Assembly (NCBI GenBank): GCA_045806525.1
Contig: JBJMJD010000079.1
Span: forward strand, 2,503-66,502
Length of the DNA: 64,000 nucleotides
Source of the DNA: Gaiellales bacterium
Lineage (GTDB): Bacteria; Actinomycetota; Thermoleophilia; Gaiellales; JAICJC01
Direction of reading: 5' to 3'
This document shows positions 56,313-64,000 of the stretch, piece after piece. Each line of letters opens with the position of its first letter. Positions within the stretch are counted from its first letter, which is position 1. Made by a program: the position numbers and the translations under genes. Below the pieces are notes generated by a model that saw only the letters and a list, made by a program, of their open reading frames with translations, did no database searches and had not been told where the DNA came from.

Positions 56313-56389
56313 TTATAGACCTCGTGACGATATTAGCAACTCGAGCGCCGCCGTGCCGCCGTGCAACGCCCACGCCTGGCACCGGTGTT

Positions 56390-56467
56390 GCACGAATTCC
56401 GATAGCAAAAGCGCCTCTCCGCTACGAAATTCGTAAAATTAGGCCTGTTTTCCTACGGAATTCGTAG
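56390..56467. promoter_or_regulatory. Three phased AT-rich palindromic boxes (candidate NrtR operators) in the nrtR leader
   Basis: gCACGAATTCCGata (56390-404), CTACGAAATTCGTAa (56422-36, containing the perfect 13-nt palindrome TACGAAATTCGTA) and CTACGGAATTCGTAG (56453-67). Centres are 32 and 31 bp apart. Confidence 0.4.
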
Positions 56468-56475
56468 TCTGGACC

Positions 56476-56504
56476 GCAACACCGGTGCCAGGCGCCGGTG
56501 TTGC
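56476..56504 (-). terminator. 10-bp hairpin just after the aldehyde dehydrogenase stop
   Basis: GCAACACCGG (56476-85) pairs with CCGGTGTTGC (56495-504) with a 9-nt loop, 11 nt downstream of the stop at 56515. Confidence 0.45.
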
Positions 56505-56514
56505 ATCCGCGGCC

Positions 56515-57912
56515 CTACCGCGACGGGGAGATCAGGATCGTGCGGGTCGAGCTGTAGAACTCACGGGCGGCCCGGCCCTGCTCGCGCGGCCCGAAGCCGG
56601 AGGCCTTTTCCCCACCGAAGGGCACGTGGAAGTCGACACCGGAGGTGGGCTGATTGATCCGGACGAGACCGGTGTCGAGGCTGCGGGCGAGCTCCAGCGC
56701 GCGGTCGAGGTCGCGCGTGTAGACGCCGGTGGAAAGGCCGAAGCGCACGCCCCGGGCGATCTCGGCGGCCACGCTGCTGTCCGGCGCCCCCAGCAGCGCG
56801 CAGACCGGTGCGAACACCTCCTGCTGGGCGACCTCAGCGCGGGCGTCGTCGGTCTCGATCAGGGTCGGCTGCAGGTAGTTCCCGGGGGCGTCCACGGCTT
56901 CTCCGCCGGTGATGATGCGGCCGCCCGCGTCGGTTGCCCGCGCGATCGCACCCAGCGCGCGTTCGCGCGCAGCGGGCGTGATCAGCGGCCCCACCTGGCA
57001 GCCTGGGTCCTCGGGCCCCTCCACCAGCATCCGCCCGATCGCGTCGACAAGCGCGTCCCGCATATCCGACAGCACGGGCTGCTCGCAGATCACCCGGCCG
57101 GTGGCCGTGCACTTCTGGCCGGCGTAGCCCATAGCGGCCGACGCGATCATGCCGGCTGCCGCCTCGACGTCGGCGTCCGCCAGCACTACGGCCGCGTTCT
57201 GGCCGCCCATCTCGCACTGCGCGGCCGCGCCCCGCTCCGCGAGCGCCACCGCCACCCCTTGACCGACCGCCTCTGAGCCCGTGAACGAGACCGCCGCGAC
57301 TCCCGGATGCGCCACCAGCGCCGAGCCTGCCTCGCCCGTACCCTGCGTCAGCTCGACCGTGCCCTCGGGCAGCGCGTCGCGCAGCAGCGCGAACACCGCC
57401 GCCGCGCACGCGGGCGCGTGCTCGCTCGGCTTCCAGACGCAGACGTTGCCGTACGCCAGCGCCGGCGCCAGCTTCCAGAGCGGGATCGCCACCGGGAAGT
57501 TCCAGGGCGTGATCAGCCCCACCACTCCCCGCGGCTCCCGCCGGGTCAGCAGCAGCGAGCGCCCGTCCGCGGGCGGGAACGACTCGCCGTCGGGGTCAAG
57601 CGCCACCTGCGCGTAGAACCGCAGGATCGCGACTGCTCGCGCAAGCTCGCCGCGAGCCTCCGTGATCGGCTTTCCGACCTCGCGCACGACCAGCTCGGCC
57701 AGCTCCTCGGATCGCGCCTCCAGCGCATCCGCGACCGCCGCCAGCCCGGCACCACGCGCCGCTGCCGGGGTGCGCGCGTACGCGGGGGCAGCCGCCGCCG
57801 CGCGCTCCACCGCCCGGTCGACGTCGATGCCGCCGGCCGGCATCACGGTCGTCACCACGTCGTCAGGCGATGCCGGGTTGACGCTGACGATCTCGGCCGG
57901 CGTGGCGGACAT
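56515..57912 (-). CDS. NAD(P)-dependent aldehyde dehydrogenase
   Basis: 465 aa. ITPWNFP, FTGS, ELGG-like CEMGGQNA, and catalytic Cys in GQKCTA. Confidence 0.9.
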   Translation of the reverse strand: MSATPAEIVSVNPASPDDVVTTVMPAGGIDVDRAVERAAAAAPAYARTPAAARGAGLAAVADALEARSEELAELVVREVGKPITEARGELARAVAILRFYAQVALDPDGESFPPADGRSLLLTRREPRGVVGLITPWNFPVAIPLWKLAPALAYGNVCVWKPSEHAPACAAAVFALLRDALPEGTVELTQGTGEAGSALVAHPGVAAVSFTGSEAVGQGVAVALAERGAAAQCEMGGQNAAVVLADADVEAAAGMIASAAMGYAGQKCTATGRVICEQPVLSDMRDALVDAIGRMLVEGPEDPGCQVGPLITPAARERALGAIARATDAGGRIITGGEAVDAPGNYLQPTLIETDDARAEVAQQEVFAPVCALLGAPDSSVAAEIARGVRFGLSTGVYTRDLDRALELARSLDTGLVRINQPTSGVDFHVPFGGEKASGFGPREQGRAAREFYSSTRTILISPSR

Positions 57913-57925
57913 CGCGTGGCCGCTG

Positions 57926-58015
57926 CTACTTCGAGACGTGGACCACGAAGGCCAGCAGCAACAGCAGCACCGCCAGCATCAGCAGCACCCACCATCGAGA
58001 CAATGACTCGTTCAC
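57926..58015 (-). CDS. 29-codon hydrophobic peptide ORF (below the track cutoff)
   Basis: GTG at 58015 preceded by GAGAGGGAG. Translation is VNESLSRWWVLLMLAVLLLLLAFVVHVSK. The stop lies 13 nt upstream of the aldehyde dehydrogenase ATG. Confidence 0.3.
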   Translation of the reverse strand: MNESLSRWWVLLMLAVLLLLLAFVVHVSK

Positions 58016-58093
58016 GCACTCCCTCTCGTCGTCACAAACGGCTCGGGAGCAAAGTCTACAAACATGGGCGGCCTCACCGGCGAGCGACCGGCG

Positions 58094-58318
58094 CTACGGA
58101 CAGACACACCTCCGATCCGCCGGCCGCCGCGGGCCCTCGTGATGGCGCGGTGCCCGTCGCTGGTGGACGAGGTGGCGTCGGCCGCGTCCCGAGACGGCCT
58201 GCGCCAGATCGACCGCCACGCCCTCCAACGGCGTGTGGAAACGCACCAATGCGCACGCCGTAACCAGCACCAGCAATATCAGCGCCAGGTACTCGACCGT
58301 CGATTGGCCCCGCTGCAT
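58094..58318 (-). CDS. flp: Flp-family pilin candidate
   Basis: ATG at 58318, covering the last 74 codons of track ORF 58094..58834. MQRG|QSTVEYLALILLVLVTACALV matches the Flp G/xxxxEY plus hydrophobic helix pattern. The Arg/His-rich C-terminal 30 aa look atypical. Confidence 0.55.
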   Translation of the reverse strand: MQRGQSTVEYLALILLVLVTACALVRFHTPLEGVAVDLAQAVSGRGRRHLVHQRRAPRHHEGPRRPADRRCVCP

Positions 58319-58416
58319 GCGGCCCACCGTACGGAGCCAACCGTCACGTGCGCGTGACGACCGGTCACGATCGCGCAACAACGCCGGTCGGCGACCGCAT
58401 TCGCTAGGGTCGACCG

Positions 58417-59301
58417 GTGAGCGTCGAGCGGATGCAGCTGCCGGACGGCAGGCTGTTCGAGTACAGCGCGGCCGGCGATCCCGACCGGGAGCTGCTGGTC
58501 TTCTGCGTCGGGACGCCGAGCGCCGTCGTCGAATTCCCCTACGTCGCGGAGGCTGCCGCAGCCCGAGGCCTGCGCTCGGTGATCTGCTCGCGACCGGGGT
58601 ACGGTGGGTCGACGCGCAACGAGGGACGCACGGTGGCCGACACCGCCGCCGACACGGCCGCGCTGGCCGATCACCTCGGCGCGGACCGGTTCCTGGTGGC
58701 CGGCTGGTCGGGCGGCGGCACGACCGCGCTGGCCTGCGCCGCACTGCTCTCCGACAGGGTGCGAGCCGCCGTGACCATGGCCAGCACCGCGCCGCCGGTC
58801 GAGGCCGGCGACGTGTGGACGACCTGGTTCCCACCGGTCGTGGTCGAGGAGATCCGGGCGCTGACGAGCACGCCTCCAGCCGAGCTGGCGCCCGATTACG
58901 AGCAGGCTGCGAAAGGGTTTGCCGAGCTGACCGGTGACCAGCTGACGCTCTCGGAAAACCAGAGCGCCGCCGACAGGGCCGCGCTGATCGACGTGCCCGA
59001 GGTCGTGGAGTGGCTGGCCCGGTCGATCAAATCGGCGGTGTCCAGCGGCATCTGGGGATGGCTGGACGATGATCTGGCGTGGGCGAGCCCGTGGGGGTTC
59101 GCCGTGGCAGACATCCGGGTGCCGGTGATCGTCCGGCACGGCGACGAGGACGGCTTCGTGTCGATCGAACAGGGCCGCTGGCTGGCGGCTCACATCCCGG
59201 GCGCACGGCTCGAGGAGATGCCGGGCGGCGGCCACACGACCGTGACCGTGCCCATCGACCCCGTGATCACGGACCTGCTCCAAGCCGCCGGACTGCGGTG
59301 A
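58417..59301 (+). CDS. Alpha/beta hydrolase
   Basis: 294 aa. Nucleophile elbow GWSGGG, and C-terminal GDEDG...GGGH (Asp/His). Confidence 0.8.
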   Translation: MSVERMQLPDGRLFEYSAAGDPDRELLVFCVGTPSAVVEFPYVAEAAAARGLRSVICSRPGYGGSTRNEGRTVADTAADTAALADHLGADRFLVAGWSGGGTTALACAALLSDRVRAAVTMASTAPPVEAGDVWTTWFPPVVVEEIRALTSTPPAELAPDYEQAAKGFAELTGDQLTLSENQSAADRAALIDVPEVVEWLARSIKSAVSSGIWGWLDDDLAWASPWGFAVADIRVPVIVRHGDEDGFVSIEQGRWLAAHIPGARLEEMPGGGHTTVTVPIDPVITDLLQAAGLR

Positions 59302-59306
59302 GCCTC

Positions 59307-60173
59307 TCAGCCGGCGAGAAACGAGCCGACGGATCTTGACGCGGCCAGCGCCAGCGCCGTCATCACCGGCAACATGGCCGCCGGGACCAGCAGGAACACC
59401 ACCACCAGCAGGATCCGGGGGGCAGCCTTCGCCGCTCGCTCCTGCACCGCCCGGGCCTGCTCGGTACGCGTCCGGGCGGCCTGTCGGCGCAGGCCCGCAG
59501 CCAGCGGCACACCCAGCCGATCACTGATTCGAAGCGCGGTCGCCAGCCGCATCAGCGATGGCGATGCCGTGCGCTCGCCGAGGTCGCGAAGCTCCGCCGC
59601 GCGGCGGTGCCCGAGCACCAGGTTGGCGGACACAGCCTCCAGCTCCGACCGCAGCGGCCCGGTTGCCGAAGCGGCCGCCCCCCTGATCGCCTCGTCGATC
59701 GAGATGCCCGCTGCCACGGCCGACGCGATCAGGTCGATCGCGAGCGGCGCCTGCCGCTCGATCTCGTTCGCCCGCCGCGTCGCCGCAGAGTGCAGCCACA
59801 GGTCGGGAAACAGCCAGCCGAAGCCGGCGCAGCCCGCGGCCAGCACGAGGCCGACCGTTGACTGCAGCAGCAGCAGCCCCGCCCCACCGACCGATGCGAA
59901 TGCCACCAGCGAGCCCAGCCGTGCGTCGTCGACGTCCTGCTCGCCCAACCGGGCGGCCAGACCGGATCGCTCGATCAGCCGATCGCGCCGGAGCGGTGGC
60001 GCCGGGAAGCGCAGCCCCAGCCGCCGGCAGGCACGGCCCGCCGCCACCAGCGCCTTCAACCGGTCAGTAACCTGGCTCGGGTCGCGACCGTTCAGCCGCC
60101 GGTCGCGTCGCCACGCCGCGCGTGCCTCCGCTCCTGCCACCAGGCACACCGCCAGCAACAGCCAGCGGATCAC
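59307..60173 (-). CDS. tadC: Tad platform protein, T2SS-F domain (TadC-like)
   Basis: 288 aa. N-terminal TM, cytoplasmic T2SSF domain (APLAIDLIASAVAAGISIDEAI...), and C-terminal TMs. Confidence 0.72.
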   Translation of the reverse strand: MIRWLLLAVCLVAGAEARAAWRRDRRLNGRDPSQVTDRLKALVAAGRACRRLGLRFPAPPLRRDRLIERSGLAARLGEQDVDDARLGSLVAFASVGGAGLLLLQSTVGLVLAAGCAGFGWLFPDLWLHSAATRRANEIERQAPLAIDLIASAVAAGISIDEAIRGAAASATGPLRSELEAVSANLVLGHRRAAELRDLGERTASPSLMRLATALRISDRLGVPLAAGLRRQAARTRTEQARAVQERAAKAAPRILLVVVFLLVPAAMLPVMTALALAASRSVGSFLAG

Positions 60174-60723
60174 GGCGCTACGGCAGCCAGCTTGCCGATC
60201 ACCGCCAGGCCCGCCGCGGTCGCAGCGCCGGATGCGGCCAGGGAGCCCAGGCCGACGGGCGAACCGAGCAGCGCCGCCAAGGCAGAGGAATCGATCAACG
60301 CCAGCCCCAGCACGGACGCCAGGGGCATCGCGGCCACCATTCGCGCCGTCGCACGCGCCTGCGCCGTCGCAACCTCGGCTGCGCGGCGCTGGGCATCGCG
60401 CTCGACCAGCGCCTCCGCCAGGCCGTCGAGCAGGGTCGCCAGATCGCCGCCGACGCGCAGCTGAACGGCGACCGCCGACGACAGCACCGATGCGTCCGGG
60501 CCGCCGCGCACCCCGGCCAGCGCCTCGGTCGGGGGCATGCCCAGCCTGATCGCCGCACCCGCGACGGTGAGCTGCGACCGCGCCGGCTCGGGCGTGTCCT
60601 CCGCCACGTCGCCGATTGCCTGCGCCAGCGTGCGACCGGCCCGCACGTGCGCTGCCAGCTCCGCCGCCACCAGGTGCATCTGGCGGGCCACCGCGCGCTC
60701 ACGCCGGGCCTGTGACCGGCGCG

Positions 60724-60736
<13 letters not shown>
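60170..60736 (-). CDS. tadB: Tad platform protein, T2SS-F domain (short TadB-like)
   Basis: ATG at 60736 within track ORF 60170..60781. T2SSF-like [20 protein letters not shown]... plus C-terminal TMs. 4-nt overlap with tadC. Confidence 0.68.
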
Positions 60737-61868
<1,132 letters not shown>

Positions 61869-61872
<4 letters not shown>

Positions 61873-62924
61873 GCGACCAGTTCCCCGAGCAGCTCCTGCA
61901 GGGCTGGGTGCGGGCGTCCTTCCGATCCAGGCAGCACGCCTTCGCGCACGACCGCGACCACGGGCACACCCACCGCCCGTTCGATCCCGCGGAGCGACAG
62001 CTCGCCGCCGCGCGACCACCGGTTGACCACCAGCCCTACCGACCCACCGGGCACGCCCCGGCGGTCGAGCCACGATGCGGCGCGCGCCGCGCAGTCGACC
62101 ACGGCCGGGTGCGGTGTCGCCACCAGCAGTGCGCGATCAGCGCTGGTCGCGACCGCCAGGGCGTGCTCTCCGGTGGCCACACCCAGGTCGGTCAGGGTCA
62201 GCGCTGCCACCGCGCGGCTCTCGCGGACGAGTGCCCGCGCCAGCTCGGGCGACACTATCTCGGTTGCGCCCGGGTCGGCCGACCGTGCCACCAGCTGCAT
62301 CCCGTCAGGATGGGTGCACACGAGTGATCGCAGCGCGTCGGCGCTGAGCGCGTCATCCAGGCCGGCGACATCGGCAAGGCTTCTACGCGGGACACAGCCC
62401 AGCCGTTGAGCGGCGTCGTCGAAGCCTCCGGCCAGGTCGATCAGAAGGCCGTGACCCGCGCGCGCGACGCTCCCAGCCAGCGCGCTCACGCCGCAGCCGC
62501 CCTTCGCTCCGCAGATCGCCACCACCCGACCCGCCTGCCTGCCCGACTCCTGCTCCAAACGGGCACCCGCGGCGCTGCCGATCGACCGCACCAGTTCGTC
62601 CGCATCGGGCGGCAGGCCGAGCACGCCGCGCGCGCCCACGGCCAGCGCCGCACGGTGGGCTCCGATGTCAGGGGCCGCGGTCGCGACGATCACGGGCACT
62701 CCGCCACACGTGCGGATCAGGGGCGCGGCAAGCTCGATCGCCGTCTGTCCCGCCGCGTCGCAGGCCACGATCACATCGCAGACGGGTCGCAGCCCGGATA
62801 TCGCGGTGGCCGGTTCCAGCACGCCAACGCAGACCAGCCCCGGGGCCGACTCGATCACCGCGACGACGCCCGCTGCCACGGCAGGGTCTCCGCCCACGAC
62901 CAGACAGCGTCGCTCCGCGCTCAC
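61869..62924 (-). CDS. cpaE: CpaE/TadZ-like ParA/MinD-family ATPase with an N-terminal receiver-like domain
   Basis: Deviant Walker A CGAKGGCGVS. The N-terminal ~120 aa are CheY-like without an obvious phospho-Asp context. 351 aa. Confidence 0.72.
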
Positions 62925-63508
62925 GGCCCGCTCCGCCCCACCAGGCGCAGCGAGCCGGCCGACTCTGCCTGGATCAGCACCGGAACGTCTCGGGCAGGCA
63001 CGCGCAGGGTGGCGACGGCGGCTCCGTCGACCGTCCGAGACGCGATCACGAGCGCGTCGGCCAGCACCATCTGCACGCGCGGCCCGCGGCCGGGCCGCAC
63101 CAGATAGAGGTCGGCGGTCAAACCGTCGGGCGGATCCAGTGGCAGGCCGGCCGCCTCGTCGAGGCGCAGCGAAACGTCACGGCCGTCACGACCGGCCGAC
63201 GCGCGCGCCAGCTCCGAGTCCATCAACGGAGCGCCCGCGGGCAGCGCCACGGCTGCCACCTGACCCACCGCGACGCCGGGGTCGGCCAGCTGGTGCGGGT
63301 TCGCCCACGTGACCGGCACCGCGCCCGTGGCGAGGTCCGCTGGGGCGATCCGCTGCCCCGGTGCCACCGGGCGGCGCATCGACACGACCGCCTGCATCGG
63401 CTGTGGTGCTGGTCTGCCGGAGCCGCCGCCGAACCCGTTCAGCGCCATCAGCGCCAGCACGACAGCCAGCGCCCCGAGCACCACGCTGCGGCGGCGGTGC
63501 CGGCTCAC
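62921..63508 (-). CDS. cpaB: CpaB/RcpC-like Flp pilus assembly protein (SAF domain)
   Basis: GTG at 63508 (GTGA overlap) within track ORF 62921..63784. TM VVLGALAVVLALMAL, then a SAF-like PGQRIAPADL... Confidence 0.68.
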   Translation of the reverse strand: MSRHRRRSVVLGALAVVLALMALNGFGGGSGRPAPQPMQAVVSMRRPVAPGQRIAPADLATGAVPVTWANPHQLADPGVAVGQVAAVALPAGAPLMDSELARASAGRDGRDVSLRLDEAAGLPLDPPDGLTADLYLVRPGRGPRVQMVLADALVIASRTVDGAAVATLRVPARDVPVLIQAESAGSLRLVGRSGP

Positions 63509-64000
63509 GAGTGCCTGCCGGGACTGCAGCGGCGGCAGTGGCGGCCGACCACCGGCAGGCCGCACCAATCGCAGCGTGGCGCGCCGCCGAACTGCTCGCG
63601 CAGGCGTTGCAGCTGGGCCGCCGAGAGAGGTGGCGCGCCCAGCAGCTCGACAGCCCACGAAGCACCCAGCGCCGCAGCAACGCCGTGCGTGATCCGCCCC
63701 AGCTGAACTCCCGAGGCGGTCAGATCGGCCAGCCTCGCGGCGACGGTGCGCGGCGGCGTCGATCCCGACGTCGCAGCGGCGCACAGGTAGCCCCGCCCCG
63801 ACGCCGTACGGGCGGACGCCGCCAGGTCACGCGCGTGCGCACCCGACCAGCCGCCGCCGTCCCAGGCGACGGCCCGGCGTGGACCGTGCACGCCGACCCG
63901 CCGGGATCGCGACATCACCAGGGGCGCCACGGTCGATGCCAGGAGGACGTATGTGCACCGGCGCTCCAGCTCGACCACGAGCGCGGCCAACTCCTCGGCG
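63505..64000 (-). CDS. Hypothetical protein with a C-terminal CxxC-N8-CxxC ribbon, first gene seen in the tad operon (5' end may lie outside the window)
   Basis: The frame is open to the window edge. C-terminus CDWCGLPVVGRHCRRC. The stop overlaps the cpaB start. Confidence 0.4.
   Translation of the reverse strand, partial: AEELAALVVELERRCTYVLLASTVAPLVMSRSRRVGVHGPRRAVAWDGGGWSGAHARDLAASARTASGRGYLCAAATSGSTPPRTVAARLADLTASGVQLGRITHGVAAALGASWAVELLGAPPLSAAQLQRLREQFGGAPRCDWCGLPVVGRHCRRCSPGRHS

Noticed and set aside
58319-58834. The upstream 172 codons of track ORF 58094..58834.
   Set aside because: This part is an Arg/Pro-rich artefact that overlaps the alpha/beta hydrolase gene on the other strand. 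Only the terminal 74 codons, starting MQRGQSTVEY, look like a real (pilin) gene.

Overview
This is a 64-kb, roughly 70% GC chromosomal segment. It has many GTG/TTG starts and 4-nt GTGA/ATGA gene overlaps. By inference from gene content and composition it comes from a monoderm Actinomycetota-like organism, possibly a deep-branching Thermoleophilia/Conexibacter-like lineage. Most of the ORF track is high-GC noise (Arg/Pro/Ala/Gly-rich alternate-frame ORFs). About 75 genes are supported.

Content from left to right:
- 563-3668: a pilin-like / twin-PilZ cluster.
- 3774-7342: a heterodimeric ABC exporter pair.
- 7431-8564: an SLH-like NlpC/P60 hydrolase.
- 10154-19714: a stretch rich in lipoproteins and secreted proteins of unknown function, with tRNA-Gln(CTG) at its left end and tRNA-Glu(CTC) at 17291-17363.
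- 14223-25886: housekeeping genes gluQ, an amidase, a GNAT, lhgO, gltX, nfo and arfB.
- 19886-20947 and 26663-27421: two L,D-transpeptidase paralogs.
- 27886-29477: a frameshifted Na+/H+ antiporter.
- 29506-33738: the glycine-cleavage operon gcvT-H-PA-PB, directly downstream of ftsZ.
- 33923-49800: a complete dcw cluster (mraZ-rsmH-ftsL-ftsI-murE-murF-mraY-murD-ftsW-murG-murC-murB-ftsQ-ftsZ), with a four-box MraZ operator overlapping a predicted promoter.
- 50018-52541: a RipA-like NlpC/P60 hydrolase and a principal-type sigma factor.
- 52599-56312: an NrtR-headed NAD salvage operon (nrtR-pncB-pncA::nadE fusion-VOC).
- 56515-57912: an aldehyde dehydrogenase.
- 58094-64000: a Tad/Flp pilus locus (flp, tadC, tadB, cpaF, cpaE, cpaB).

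No rRNA, CRISPR array, integrase or transposase gene was seen.

The most interesting observations are:
- the orphan pilin-like/twin-PilZ module
- the PncA-NadE single-polypeptide fusion
- three phased AT-rich palindromes in the nrtR leader
- a 205-bp element bounded by 23-bp inverted repeats that exactly fills a gene gap
- short pilin-like and hydrophobic ORFs below the ORF-track size cutoff

All functional calls rest on motif recognition by eye. No database search was run.
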